Positions 26,388-41,192 of a stretch of 64,000 nt of DNA are shown here, one piece after another. The stretch spans positions 1,240,001 to 1,304,000 of the forward strand of contig CM120646.1 in assembly GCA_051362555.1 (NCBI GenBank). Reading direction: 5' to 3'. The notes beneath the pieces are model-generated. The model searched no databases, was not told the origin of the DNA, and saw nothing but the letters and a program-made list of their open reading frames with translations. Numbering within the stretch: the first letter of the stretch is position 1; each line of letters starts with the position of its first letter. The stretch comes from Lingula anatina (taxonomy: Eukaryota > Animalia > Brachiopoda). Made by a program: the position numbers and the translations under genes.

Positions 26388-28590
26388 TGAAATCCGTAAG
26401 CTGGAAAGAAAATGGCTTGGCACTAGACTTGAAATACATAAACAGATTTTCACAGATGCCAGATCCAAGTATAACTTTCGTCTTAACACATGCAAAGCAG
26501 AATACCACCGAAATTGCATTGATTCTGCCGATCAGAAAGCCCTATTCAGAATTGTTGATAACATCTCTAACTCTTCATCCACCCAACTTAGAGTACTGCC
26601 TGATTTAGAGAAAAACTTACTACCTCAAGTTTTTGCACAATTCTTTACTAAAAAGATACAGGACATAAGATGTACCCTAGATAAACATGATCCAAAGCTC
26701 ATAGAGTCACCAGTTTCTTCTCAAACAGTACTGACAAAATTCACCCAAGTGAGTATCGAACAAGTAGTTGCCATGATGAAAGCCATGCCAGCAAAATCCT
26801 GCTCACTGGACCCAATGCCAACATACTTAGTAAAGGATTGCATAGAAGCAGTTTCTCCAGCACTCATGAAAATAACAAATACATCTTTTGAGTCTGGAAT
26901 TTTTCCTGACCTCTGTAAAACTGCTGTTGTAAAGCCTCTCTTAAAGAAGAGCAGTCTTGAAAGAAACGAGCTGAAAAACTATAGACCAATTTCCAACTGC
27001 TCTTTCATTAGTAAATTTCTGGAAAAAATGGCATTCTCGCAACTGAACAATTACTTAACAGCACATTCTCTGTATGGTAAATTCCAATCAGCCTACAGAA
27101 CGGGTCATAGTACTGAAACAGCCCTGCTAAAGGTTCACAATGATATCATGCTCTCATTAAACAATCACTGTGATGTCATCTTAGTCCTTTTGGATCTTTC
27201 TGCAGCTTCCGACACGATTGACCATGATATTTTACTACAACGTTTGCAGTGCAGGTTTGGCATTACAGGAATGGCGATTGATTGGTTGAGCTCTTACTTA
27301 AAGGGAAGAACACAAAAAGTGGAAATTAATTCCCTTCTTTCTGCCCCTGAAACCCTGAAATATGGTGTTCCGCAGGGATCGGTGTTAGGCCCACTACTTT
27401 TTTCACTCTATATGGTGCCTCTTGAGGAGATCATTTCTAAGCACAATCTTCAGACCACAATTTTTGCTGATGATACTCAGATTTATGTAACTTGTGATAG
27501 TCGGTCTGATTATTCTGTAGTGTCAGACATAGAGAAATGTATTGATGAGATCCGGGTGTGGATGCTTTCAAATAAGCTGGCTCTAAATGACACTAAAACG
27601 GAAATAATCTGGTTTTCATCTAAATTTAAAGATAGAAAGGACTGTGCTACTAACACTAATGTTCGCATTGGCAATGTGTCTGTGAAAGCATCTGTCAGTG
27701 CGAGAAATTTAGGTGTGTTTTTTTGATTCAGCTGGGATCTTTGACAAGCATATAGACAATGTTTGTAAGTCGGCATCTTTTTCACTGTGGAGAATAGGAA
27801 AGATTCGGAATTTACTAAATATAGAAACAACTACAAAATTAGTTCATGCTTTTATTACATCAAAACTAGATTATTGCAACAGTATTCTTTTTGGGGTGAG
27901 TGACAGCAAATTGAAGAAAATCCAATTGATTCAAAATTCAGCGGCCAGATTATTTAAAAAGATAAGGAACCAGAGCTTGGATCATATCACTCCAGTGTTA
28001 AAGGAATTGCATTGGCTGCCAAACAAACAAAGAATTTTATTCAAAGTGTTGTGCATACTTTTTAGAGCTTTCAAAGAAAACACACCTGGTTATATTGCAC
28101 ATCTTATTCAGTCATCTGAACCACGCAGGTTAACAAGAAACTCTTTTGAAAACAATTTTATACTCAATCACTGTGAAATAGACAGAAAATGCAACAAATT
28201 CTATGGAGACCGGGCTTTTACTGTTTATGCTCCAAAATTGTGGAACAAATTGCCTTTTAGTATCAGAGCTGAAAGTGACTATAATACTTTTAAAGCCTGT
28301 CTTAAAACTCATCTTTTTAAAGAATTTTATGGTTAGTGTTCCTTTAAACCTTTTAGTTGTTTATCATTCATTAAGAGTGAGCTTGGGTTAATTTAAGTAG
28401 TATTTTAAAGTTATATCAATAAATTTTCTCTGCTTTCTTTAACTAATTTTATTAGCTTTAGTAAATGTTAAAGTATTTTAGTATTGTTACTTTTAAACTT
28501 TTAATTATTTGTAAAGTGCATTGAAATGTAAAAAATGGAATGCGCTATATAAGAAATAAATATTATTATTATTATTTATTATTTATTGTA
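26388..28590 (+). mobile_element. 5'-truncated LINE (L2/CR1 group) reverse transcriptase with frameshifts
   Basis: ORFs 26749-27726 and 27713-28336: KSCSLDPMP, NYRPIS, QSAYRTGHSTETALL, LLDLSAASDTIDH, GVPQGSVLGPLLF, FADDTQ, HITPVLKELHWLP; 3' AATAAA plus (TAT)n tail at ~28555-28590. Confidence 0.93.
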
Positions 28591-28806
28591 TTAGATCATC
28601 ATTATAAGAGGGAATCCTCTAACCAGGTACGAGTCGAGCAATAAATGAGTCGAAAGTAGAGAAAAAAAATTGTGGAAAATTTGGTTTGGAAATCCCGGTT
28701 ATGATACCTTTAAGGATTGGAGAGGCCAAGAACACATAAGTCTTTTTTTATAATGCAACATGTAAACGCGATCGTCTGCTGGAAATCAGTCTGTGACAGG
28801 ACTCAC

Positions 28807-28870
28807 CTCTTGCGGTGAAATTTCGGCAGAGATTGATCAAGACAAGACTACCTTGAACGTGTGGAGCAGA
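28807..28870 (-). other. Candidate non-coding first exon of the protease gene
   Basis: Strong donor AG|GTGAGT at 28806; the ATG exon has an acceptor TTTCAG at 25678-25683, so an upstream exon is expected. Confidence 0.35.
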
Positions 28871-29299
28871 CGAAGTTTTATCCCTTAGCGGCCATTTTTT
28901 AAATTCACTGCCTATTTTTCATTTCAATAATTTATCATTTCCTTCACAGATAAGCGTGTCTTTCCATTTAAATATGATCTGAGGTAAAACTGCTGTAAGA
29001 ATGGTGCCTTTCAACACTGTTTTCTTGTTCATCACCAGGTATCCCTATTTTGGTAGACGTGTCTATTAGCACGTACGGACAGTATTTGGAGCACGATAAT
29101 AACAATATTTCAATAACAATAAGAGAAATTGAAGAATACACCAAGTTCACGCATGCTTATAACTTATCGTCATTAAGGAATTTTATGAAATAATTGTGGA
29201 CACATTCCTCGAAGCTAGTACCTCAGAAGGAAAGAATGGATATGTTTATTGTAATTCAATGCAACATCTGCATTGGAACATGTTTTTTATTGAGACAAA

Positions 29300-29346
<47 letters not shown>

Positions 29347-32300
29347 ATTAATTAATTTAGGATAACCGAAGCGAACAATCAAAGACAGTTTCTGTAAATA
29401 ATTTTGTTTTGCATCCTACGGACATCATGTTTAAAAGTGAATAACCTTTTTATCTTTTCTTAATTCGTCTACCGTTAATTATATATATTCTGCAATTTTT
29501 TATCACTATAAAGTCTCATCTACACGACATGAAGCCCCCTCAACGTTACTTGGTTGAAAATGAAGAAATGCAATAGAACTTTGTAATATAAATGGGATAT
29601 CATTATGTGTACCTTGTTATACCGAGCAATCTTGAATTTGTTGATTTACAAAAGGCGCCTGTCTGACTCTCAAATTAATGGCCGTCACTTTATAACGACG
29701 ATATTGTTGTTTTGCGTGCTTTGCTTCAATTTTTATGTTTGATGGTTTACATATAATTATATTCTGAGAGTATTATTTGTCTTGAAGGCTTGTGATACAG
29801 GTGAGTAGCAGTGGGGAGAACCGACGTGAATTACAATGAAATTGTTAAACTCCCTAAAACAAACGAATCCCGGCTTTCTTTCAGAGAACTGCATTGTTAA
29901 TTATTTTGCTAATGTGCGATGTATCGGTATGTGTAATTCCAGTTAGCTGTCGCCAGAGTAGGCTTCGTCTATTCACCATTTATTTATTTATTTATTTATA
30001 ATTGTTTTATTACTTATGTCATGTTTTCAATATTTTAATTTTATTAGTTCAAGGTGGTAGGGGATGTGCATTGAGACAGAGGTAGTTTGAAACTTTATTG
30101 TTCCTCTTTCTCTCATTCACTGGATAACTTTGAAAGAGGTTATGCTGTGTTTAGATTTACTTTTGAATTAATCAAACCGAAGGGAAAAAAATCAAAGAAG
30201 TCCTTTGTGTTATCTGACAAACTTGTTGGATCTAACAAACTACAACATAAAGCTACATGTACATGGCTAAATAAAACGACAACAAAGAATGAAGGAGGCA
30301 CTTTTTATTGAGAAAGATCGCAGATTCTTCATACAAACAGAAACTATATAGATCTATGTCAAAAATGTATTTCAATACATTGTTTTATTTATTTACTTGT
30401 TTAATTATGTTTTACACGGAGAGCATTTTTAAAATGCTTTTAGCGCTTTGCCTCCATTTCTTTAACATTGTTAAAAAATACATTGTTAGGATTATAAAAA
30501 TCCCGTCTAGAGAAAGCATTTTCTCCCTCTGTTTTGTTCTCTGATGGCACGTCCTTGACCTTGACCTTGCTTGGCAGTTACTTGTTGGGTACACACGTGG
30601 GTTGTGGACCGGGGGGACCTGGTGGTCTGCACCTACATCCTGGAGGGACGTTCCTTAGACAGCCAACTTGGGGGGCAATTAAACGAGGATAGCAGTGGAA
30701 GCCATCGGGACAGCTCTAGATGGTGAGTATAAAATGCTTAAAAATTTTGTGTTAAGTATTTGAATTGCTAGACGTAATATGAACAATTGTAAAAAATCTA
30801 TTTAAATTCCCACTATGTTCTTACTAAACTGATGAACTTACTAAACAGAATTTTGTAATATTGCTTTAACAATAAAACAACTTACCCAAAAAGGTCTTAT
30901 GGGTCGTAATTTTATGAACGTTTTTGGATATTCCGTGCTAGTTAACAGAAAAATTTTGAAATTTCCAGAAAACAAAAATTCAATTTACTTTTACTGTTCT
31001 AGCGAATTCAGGGATACTTACAATTTTGGCTTCACAAGGCAGTGGTGACCCAGGTGGTGTTATTTGACAGTAGCCCCCACCAGGCGGCCCACCTGCTGGT
31101 CCACATGACACTGCGCCCTGGAATATGACACGTGAATGCTTATTATAAACAGCACTATTGAAAATATGTTTTCTTTGGATGTGGCATACTAAAACGGATA
31201 TCTCAACTACAGCGAGGTATTTCTATTCAATTGCACACTATCAGTTCGAAATAAGATAACTGTGATACTAGTATATTAGTGGTTTATAAAAGCTTAACGA
31301 ATTAAATTGCTTACACTACCTACATGTACATAAGCTATAAGCGGCTGGTTACGGCAATATAGTCATTATCAACATCAGATCCCCCTTTCTACTCACCAGC
31401 AATAGCGCAATAGTTACAACTAGCAGCAACTTGCCTTCCATTGCAATTACTGTATTGAGCAGGTTCTTGTTTACAAACTGGATTGGGAAATGAACTGATG
31501 CACCAGCTTATATAGCCGACTTGACCCGGATCCGAAGCAAGCGGAAACACAGACATATTCATTTGACGCGCTGTAAATCAAATCGTCGCACCCTGAACCG
31601 CAGAGTTCCTGTACCAGGGACTATTTACTACGTATACTACGTTTGAGAAATGTCCCAAAATCAAAACTTTATGTCTAAATATCCTCCACAGTTACTTATC
31701 ATTACCAATGTAGAGATTTTTAAATGATGAAGTGCATCAAATTAAGAATTTGATGTCGATGTTTCCTTTAGAGTTATCAGAAAGACTGTGCTCGATCGTT
31801 CTCAGTGTTTGGTTATGTATTTGGTTATGTATGTATGTATGTATGTATGTATGTATGTATATGGTGTTTGGTTATGGTATATAATTGGCTGTAACCATTA
31901 CGCATTTACGAGCAAGATTTTGAATTGCAATTTTTTGATGGAATAGAAGGTTAACCTAGAATTGTACTTAAGCTACCGAAGTTTTGAAAATAACATAAAT
32001 CAAATATATTCTTATTAAATATAACTCTTTGCATTTTGATAAAACAATTCGCTCACTTTGCCTTTAATCATGTCATTATGGAGTCATTTGCGTTATGAGG
32101 ACAAGTGTGTCTTCTACTATATTTATTCGGCACGCAGAGCAGGTGACGATAGCGTGCGCTTGGGAAGGTTTGTTGTTGTTGTCTGTGTGAGTCATTATTG
32201 AGATTTATTGGTATTTCTTGCTGGATATGACCCTGTAATCAAACATTGAGAATAAGTACAGCTGTACCTCACTGAAGTGGAGATAATTTATTTTGTTTTA

Positions 32301-32373
32301 ACCAACATTAAATCATGGACTTTGTCTGATACAAATTCATACGTCTTTAGAAGCATTGAAGATTCCTGTGCTT

Positions 32374-32418
<45 letters not shown>

Positions 32419-33169
32419 TACAAATTAAATAATTAAATGACACACTGTGTTCCTTTAAAATACATTGTACTAATACAATTTAAACTAGTAAAGCAATAGT
32501 TTTTTTATAATTTATAATGCTCGTTATCTGATAGAAAGAACTAAAAACAATAGAGACATGTTTTAATTCAAATTTATTCACCAAATTCAACTATATTCAA
32601 TTAAAAATAAAGCATTATATTGGTCAAACAATGCTCCAATTATTATTGAATATATACTGTTTGTTTGTCTATTTTCATACAGGGAAACTATATGTATGAA
32701 AATAATCATTATAATACGTACAGTTATTAAATGTGTTAATCCTATTTTTCTCTTAATTTAGTTACTGCCAATTGATTAGTTTCCACATTATCGAAATTTG
32801 AAACATTGAACAAAGAAATGACCATAGTAAATATCAGATTACACAGGAGGACGATTTTACAGGTAGATCTAACATATTGTGAAATCTTACTTGTTGAATT
32901 AATTCCTTTGTGGGATAAATCTCGTATAATAATTATCCCTGAAGTGCTCTGTTATGGTTTATTTCCTGTCATACTACGTACGGCACATTTCATCAAGGAA
33001 TATAGTGCCTTCTGTAAATTTAACTTGCATCTCTCTGAAGACAAAATCAAACCGTATATTGTTTTGATAGACCAAAAACCCTTAGTTAACTAATTTTAAT
33101 ACAATATTTTAAAACCTGCTTAAAATATAAGAAAATGATGCCCCACCACCTGTAATATTTCCTCTTATA

Positions 33170-33332
33170 TACATACATGCACAAACATATGTGTTTATAA
33201 TATAAATGTACAATATTTCTCTTGATGCTGCTTTCTGATCGTCGACTGGTGTTTGTTTCAATGGTAAGAAACATCCCTTCATCAGGCTTATGAATTTCTT
33301 AAGTAAGTCCACGTTCGACTGATCTTCAGCCC
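33170..33332 (-). pseudogene. Duplicated fragment of the cGLR-1 acidic tail in its 3' flank
   Basis: Translates EDQSNVDLLKKFISLMKGCFLPLKQTPVDDQKAASREILY, versus EDQSHVELLEKTTSMMKGCFSQLKQTP...QKAASKEILY in the CDS. Confidence 0.85.
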
Positions 33333-33851
33333 GCCTTCATCACAAGTCACGAGTGGTCCTCTCTCCACTCCAGTATGTTCTGTTCACCACAAGCGGTATA
33401 GATTATCTGTGACTCGTAGCTTTCTGCTCTACATAGTCCCAAAACAGTTCAATTTAAAATGCTCTGATCTAAAAACATGCTCACTTAGAGACCATTCCCA
33501 CTCTAAATTAATGACAAATTTTAATAATAATGAAAATAAAAGTAAATAAAAGATAATAAAATGAAAGTAAGGTAAATGATAAAACTAATTACAATAATAT
33601 GCCTGTTCATAGTTTATATGTGAAGTTGCCGTTCTAGTCGGCAGTCATTATAAAGTACAACAATTCCTGTTGATGGTTCATCGTCATCATCGTCATTCGT
33701 CCTCTGTAGATTTAATCGAACTGATAATAGAGGCTGTTTGAGATTGTCACCCTGAACCCCTGTTGGTTTTTTGTTTTTAGTCTAAGTCCAATTCTTCTAA
33801 CTGACCAGCAAGTTTCCCACCGAACTCCTTTTTATTACCAGACGGTGCGAT

Positions 33852-36800
33852 TTAGTCCTTATCTGAGAAGTCAAATGATTCTCTTTCTGCATTGCGCTGG
33901 TCATCACAGTCGTCGTTTGTTAGGCACAGCATTTCCCTTGACCCTGCCTTCTGATCGTCGACATCTTTCCCCGGTCGTCTTTGTTTCAATTCTATGTCTA
34001 ACTGGTCAAAAAGTTTTTCGAAGAGCTCTAAGTCCCAGTTCTTTTCATTGCCAAATGATGCAATCTGGTCCTCATCAACTGTTTCAAAAGATTCTCCTTT
34101 TGCATCATGCTGGCCATCACATTCCTGATTTCTTAGGTACAATATTTCTTTTGACGCTGCTTTCTGACTGCCGGCATGTTCCTTTGCTGGTGTTTGTTTT
34201 AATTGTGAGAAACATCCCTTCATCATGCTAGTGGTTTTCTCAAGTAACTCCACGTGCGACTGATCCTCTGTTGAGGCTATAAATTCACCGACCATTGGCT
34301 TAACATATTCGAGTAAAGTATTCATCCCAAGATTAGCCATTTCTTCAGTGATATCCTCTTCAACTGCTGAACTAGTTAAAAAATCACGTGCAACCCTGAA
34401 TACCTCTTTCATGTCAAGTTCTGCTAAACACTCTTCTTCTTCCTTTTCTTTTCTTAGGGGGTTGTCCGAGTCATTCTTTGAAAAAGCGTCTACTGCTCCC
34501 CCGACTGCCCCCATGACACCGTCCGAGTCTTCGCCTTCTTTTCTCAAGAGGTTGTCCGAGTCATTCTTTGAAAAAGCGTCTACTGCTCCCCCGAATATCC
34601 TCGTGATACTGTCCAAGTCATTTTCTGATGAGTCGACTATCAACTCTTGACCCATTCTCAAGACACTTTGAAGAAACCGATTTGAAAACGCGGGATCCAT
34701 TAGATCAAAATGAATGTTATACTTTGCTTGGATTTCCGTTAGGATTGCTTTTGGATTCTCAAGGATGGTATGCAAAATGTGAACGATGTCGCTTACAACT
34801 TCTTCACCCAGGTAGTCAATCATGTTGTTTTCCCGTATGAAGTAGTTTGGGATGCACTTCTTGTGGAGAAAATCAAGCAAGAGATCATAGAAGTCGTAGA
34901 AACGTTGCCCCATCTCCTCGTTTGTCCACCTGTCTTGTGGAATACGCTCACATAACCAGAACAGCGTTGTCTTCAGGTGGTAGGAAGAAAGTGTGCTGGA
35001 TTCTCCCAGTCGGTGTTTGTGTATCAGTTTTATGATACGGTAAACATGGCGTTGGACTTGATTTAGGGACAAGGCAAGATGACGCTCAGCTAAAACAAAA
35101 GAGATCCTCCATTCTGTTAGGGAATCTTTATCACCAGGATTGGGAACTGGTACAAGATGGCAGCCAAGTTCTTTCACGGCTCTGATTTGCTCCACATTAG
35201 GCCAACCGCTCTCTCTCTTGCGACTCAGCCACTCATGTGCTTCACGTGGAAACTCATTCAATGGAAATGACGCAACAATATCGCCTGACAGCACAAGATC
35301 GTCTTGGGCATAAAAACTGAATGGTATCTCGTGGGTCATAGCTGGGCCATGAGGATGGGTGCGCGTTCTTAACTTTTCCAATATTTTCTTCAATAACCCA
35401 GGACTTGAATTCGCCTTCTGGGTGTAAACTAGAACACATTTGTTGCTCAGGTATATACCCCCACGATCACGTTCCAAAATTTCCGGCACTTCAAACAACC
35501 AGTGTTGGCCTTGGATCTTAAGTTTGACATAACCGGGGTGGCAGCCCCGGCCATCTACGACAAACCATCCCTTTGTTGTTGTCTCCGCTTCCCTACGAGA
35601 CGTGACTGTCGGATAATATGGAGGTGAGAGGATCCTCAACCACAATGGTCCCTTTGTTGCTGTCTCTGATTTTCTGCGAGATGTGACTGTTGGGAAATAT
35701 GGAGGTGATAGGACTAGCATGGTATCCAGATCCATTGGGATGTTGTGTGTTTTATCCTCCCTGTGAAGCGCATAAGGGACTGCTAGACCGTCAACGGTAC
35801 TACCCAGGACCTTCACTTTTAAACAACTGGGCAAATCTGTCATCTCTGGATTGATTTCCCGGGCGATAGCTGGTATAATATATTCGGCCCTCTGTTCAAC
35901 ATACTTATAAGGAACGCATTCATAACATGTAGCATTTGTCTGGTTGAAATCAGTATACGATTTTCCAAAGTTTTCAAGGATTAGAAAGAGTGAGTTTAAG
36001 ACTGTATTTCCCTTGAAGTAATCTTTAAACATGTTTGTATTATTTAATAGTTCATACCACTCAGTGAAAATATTTCTGGTAGGATCTGATTCGTTCCCAA
36101 ATACCCCTTCAATCTGCTGGTGAGCGCGTTTTATCGCCACTTTTTCCTGGGGTAGCATCTCTGCTAAGTACTTTGAGAATTTTTCCATACTTTCTTTATT
36201 TATAACACGTCGTCTAGGTCGTCGATCACTTGGTTGAAACCTAAAATTAAAAAAGAAAACGAAAAAGAGATAAAAGTGCTCGACAAGCTAGATTATACAC
36301 TCTTTCCCAAAATGGTTGGTGCATGGGAATTTTGGGATGCATATCGCCCTGTTTCTTTCATTATTATTGATACTACCAAATTAATACTGTTTATATTGTT
36401 AAATATGTGAAGCGGGAGGATTGGTTAAGTCAAGGAGAAACAACTAATGCAAATGTGAAAAAAACGTTAATTTATTTAGGTATCTTTTTCTCTTCCCCCC
36501 CCAAAAGAGTACCTTTTTTACATAACTGTACCAAGTGAAAAATTATACATAAATTTGTGATTGACAATTAATATGAAATTAGGGGAAATTGTCAAGAAAC
36601 ATCTTCAGAGTTCATTATTAATCTCAATAGCGGGTATGACCACCCCAAGCTTGGATAATGGCCGCCAGACGGCGTGGCATACTGTGAACTATAGTTACAG
36701 CTCTTTGGAGAGGAATTCTGGTCCATTCATATTGAAGGGCATCTTGTTTTGTTACTTCAATTATACATATGCATGCATAACTATATGCATATGTATGCAT

Positions 36801-38868
36801 ATAAAGTGCCTATCGGAAAATAAAAACATAGTAAAATATTAAAATAAAATGAAATAAAGCAAACACTTATTATATCTTTAAATGCAGTATATTTCTATAT
36901 TTATTTATTCATGTCATTTCTCGGTATAAACTATATAGGACCTGCGTTACGAAAATTTTAAGACCGCACGTCCCATTAGGACATGCATTATTTGAGAGCC
37001 TTCTTCCTACGAATATTGAATCCTAGTAACGTATGTCCTAGGACTTCCATTCCTAGCAATGCATGCCTAGGACTTGCGTTCCTAGGACGTGCACTCCTGT
37101 CACACCAGGCCTTGGAAATTAAGAAAAAAGTTCTGCTCATGTCCGTCAGTATATAGTCTGACTGTTTCAAGGGGGTGAAAAAATTCATTTTATACAAAAA
37201 TGTAAATGAAGACGTCCATATGTTTGTTTGTATGTCTAAACGTCATGAAAAACGATACTGATTTGAAAACATTGGGCAACGAGTTGCTTTATTATACATA
37301 TACAAGATATTAACCTTGATGAGTACGGGCTGTGGAAACAAAATTAAGTGCTCCCGTCCTATGTAAGTAAAATACATGTAGCTGAAGTGATATTTACAAA
37401 GGGACCGTCTCGATTTCGTAGCTCCACCTATGTGTTTATATTGAAAAATAAACTTAGCGTTCCGGGCAAATTAATTTTAAGTTTTTATACCGCGTTCCGA
37501 TATGTTTTGTAGTGATTCGGTCATGGTAAATAATGCATGACCAAATTATGTTTTTATTTACTGATAGCTTAGGCCATGACAGTGCAGGTATGAATTTTAC
37601 TGCTAAAAAATGCAAGAAACATATAATCCTAGATGTTGTACAGTTAATTACAATCAAACGTCATATTTGTACAACGTCATACTTGTAGGAGATAAATTAA
37701 AGAACAAAACCAGAGTCGATTGATGACCAGAGCTTGATGTTTCAGCGCTTATACGCCATGTTGTGTTGGGTTGTGTGAAAGCCGTATATAGCACTATACG
37801 ACTGATAACTATAAACGGTGTGTAAGACCCCATTCCCAGAGATTAGATCGATCCAACTAGATCGACCTAACTCCCTGGGGGGTCACGCTAAATAGCTGTT
37901 AGCCGAGCGGGCACGAAAGTTAATTACCCCCTTACAGCTTGTAGTAGGCGGTCAAAAGGGTTCTTCCACCCCCAGTTCCATGTACTTTTGTTTACAAATG
38001 ATTACCTCACAGGTGTAAATTGTCAGAAATAGTGCTTTTTATTACAGATGCCGTTTCTAACATGATTAATGGTTTAAAAGATACAAAATAATGGTGAAAA
38101 TATACATATTTTATACCATTTAGTAAAATTTATAACAGGTACCCCCTCAAACCCACTGTTTCACTGTTTCCAATTCCCTTAACTTGTTTAAGAAGAATGG
38201 GACAATATCCCACATAACAGAATTGTTACCCGTGTTGAAGGCTTGTCGCGCCGTCTACCGGAGATAATTGCAGTACGCGGTAGACGCACACGCTGTTAGG
38301 CACGTGATTTTTAACGAGCACACCCTAATGCTAATATATGGATTTGGTGACATTTGATGGCGTCTTTTCAATTGTTAAAACAGACATTTCTTTATATCTG
38401 TAGAAGTCACTTCAATTTTATTTTTTGTCACTTCAGCATGTGAAATGCACCTCTATGTTAGGTTTGGATGAGGAATGAAACACTGATATGACTTTAATGA
38501 AATGTGTGTTGTATTGAAAATAAATAATGTTATCAAGATATTACTTTGAATTAAGGTTTCAGATCCAGACTAGTACTTTGCCCCCAGTTGATAAGATCTA
38601 TGCTTCACCTAGTTATAACTTAATGAATTATTACCTGAAAACATTGAACTGCAATATTTTGAAGTTAAAGTTTATATTAAATACAATTTTGTCACGGCCA
38701 TAAAACTGAATGGCAATGACCACCTTCTCTTCTTACTCGATCAACATTTCACTGAAAGCATTTTTACCAAATATACCGATGAATTCTGTCGCCCTAGATT
38801 ACCTGGATTTCTTAATATGTAAACACTATCAAAAAGGAAGCTTACCTTTCGACATCTCCTCTATCCAT
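33852..38868 (-). CDS. cGAS-like receptor / Mab-21 nucleotidyltransferase paralogue 1 (~803 aa; exons 38868-38846 and 36240-33852)
   Basis: LGS-x22-DLD, GDIV, CHPGYVKL, HGPA, WLSRKRESGWP, GCHLVP, EWRISFVLAE, SSYHLKTTLFW, CIPNYFIRENNM. A 23-nt first exon (MDRGDVE-R) splices in frame. Acidic C-terminal tail. Confidence 0.92.
36290..36625 (+). mobile_element. Interspersed repeat (possible Tc1/mariner-type end); inverted copy at ~51555-51895
   Basis: TATACACTCTTTCCCAAAATGGTTGGTGCA...GAAACATCTTCAGAGTTCATTATTAATCT aligns by eye with the reverse complement of 51555-51895. Confidence 0.7.
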
Positions 38869-39034
38869 GTTAAAAACTAACAGTAAACTCTTAAATTTGG
38901 ATAGAGATTTTAGCACGCAATAGCTGTATTTGAGCGTAGAAAGACCCTGCTTTTGAACCTATAAGCAAACCCTGTATACTTCAGCTTCTGTTTATTGTCT
39001 CCAAGCTACAGCTTCAAAACACTTCTATTGTAAT

Positions 39035-39054
39035 GGGGGTTTCTTTTGACGTGA
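39035..39054. promoter_or_regulatory. kB-like and CRE-like motifs upstream of cGLR-1 exon 1
   Basis: GGGGGTTTCT (39035-39044) and TGACGTGA (39047-39054), ~170 bp upstream of the ATG. Confidence 0.35.
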
Positions 39055-41192
39055 CACATCGGTATCTGAATAAAATGCGTTAAGACCTGGATTAATATTG
39101 ACCGAGTGTTCTATTTTACCTATAGCTTTAAGTTCTGTTAATACAGGGCCATTGTTATGGCAAAACTATACAAACATACGGTTCAAGAACAATAAAAGCA
39201 CGGTCTATCCGTGCGCGTTCAAAAAAGAATAGTGAATTATTAGTGATGGCCACGTGCCGAGTATCCCATGTACATGTATGTAGTATGTTTTTTAATTACG
39301 CATGAAAACAATACGGTGAGAAAGAAGGGATGTGAATAAATTTACAAAGCACATGTTGCCTAGGAAGATGTAAATTCGGTTCGTGAAGATCATTGTTCGT
39401 CGTACCTTCAGATCCCCTCTCCCCCAACACACGAACTGCATGTCTGTACCCTAGCTAGCAAAGAAACCATTGCAGTAGATGAGAACCCGGTGTTGGTGAG
39501 TGGTGGAAAAAGAGAAAGGCACGCCTGGTACATATTTTGAGAAATACAGACATATTCAATTATTTTGTTTTGCGACATCAAATCATGGTTTTAACTGTAA
39601 AACATTATGAAAATAATCTTGACCTTGTTCGAGTTCAACAAGAAGTAGTTAATATACTTTAAAATATTTATTATAAAAAAAGTGCGCTAAGAACCATATA
39701 CTTTGTCATCTAAAATTCCTTAAAATGGTAAAACAGTTATTGTAATCATAGATATGTTATAAAAACCTTGTAACGATAACATGATTTTTTTTATTTAAAT
39801 GTACTTACCAAAATTAGCTATGTTCAATTTAAAATAAAGCAAAACATAAATCAAATGATGCCTGAATATCACTTGTTCTTATATTCTTAAACAGGTACAT
39901 TTAAAATTAATCATCATATACACAACTGTTGCAAAATATGTTTTCCTATCTTTTGCCTGTTTAAAATGTTTGTCACAATTAATCATTTCCCAAAATTTTG
40001 AAATGTTTAACTTTCTACAAAGAAATGGTCTTTGTATATATCAGGTTGCACAGAAGGGCAATATTTACAGGCAACATACTATGAAATCTTACTTATATAA
40101 GTACTTTTCTATAGGATAAATCCCATACAATATTTTTTACCAAACTGCTCTGATGTGATTTACTACATATGGTACATTTCATCTGGGAATATAATGCATT
40201 CTTATTTGTTCAAGACAAAATTTCAACCTTACTGCTCTGAAAGTCAAATCTCCGTTTTAAAATATAAATGTCAATATGAATATTTATTCAAACTAGTTCG
40301 CCATAGTCCTTAATTAAGCTATTATCAATACAATATTTTGAAACTTAATTTATATACCACATCATCTGAGATATATCTACATAAGTACCTCTTTTCTTTA
40401 AGTACATAAATGATGTCATTCTTCATCCATAAAAATAATTCACCTTTATATTCACAATGGCCAACCCATAGATCTGTCTATACAAGTTGTATATAGAAGT
40501 CCCTTCAGCAATCAACATTTTTGTGAATTTGATATCGTTTCAGAATTATATATGTTATTCTACTGTTTCCATCACCAGGAAAACATAATTTGACCACCCA
40601 TTTCATCACAAAAACTGTTTGTAAATCATATGCACTGATAACTTTCAATCCCCATTTATATTCATGAACAAGGACATGTCTTTAAACATATATTTAGAGT
40701 CAAAATTGATCAAAAATGTTCTGCACGAATAAAATACAAGGACAAATAAAACGCAGTAGCAAGCTAGCCAGAATAACAGTGCCAGTGGCATTTATGTTTC
40801 TTGAACCCCATGACTCTACCAGCATTTCCGTCTAGTGGCCATCACAGTGAAAGGGCAAAATGGTTTACATGTATTTATGTAGTTTCCCAGCGCTATCTGT
40901 TTGTACAGCGGAAAAGTTAAGATTATCAAGCGCCTACTCGCACTAAATTTGATACTAAATTACGTATTTTTTACACAAAAAAGTTCTGAATGTGGTCATG
41001 ATGACACAGAAAACATAAAATAAATCTGGTATGATTTGGTTTTTTTTGTGCTTTAATCAATGAGGGACAACGAGTGGACAACATATTGAAAACTATTTTA
41101 ATTAAAATAAAAGTGATGCAGGGCAAAGTGTATATGTCCGTCCCCGTTATTTCTACGTCATGTACAAGGTAAATTCAACACTGACATTATTT

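Noticed and set aside
33845-35439. Short overlapping and antisense ORFs within cGLR-1 (likewise in cGLR-2, cGLR-3 and HYOU1 exons)
   Set aside because: Shadow frames of real coding sequence.
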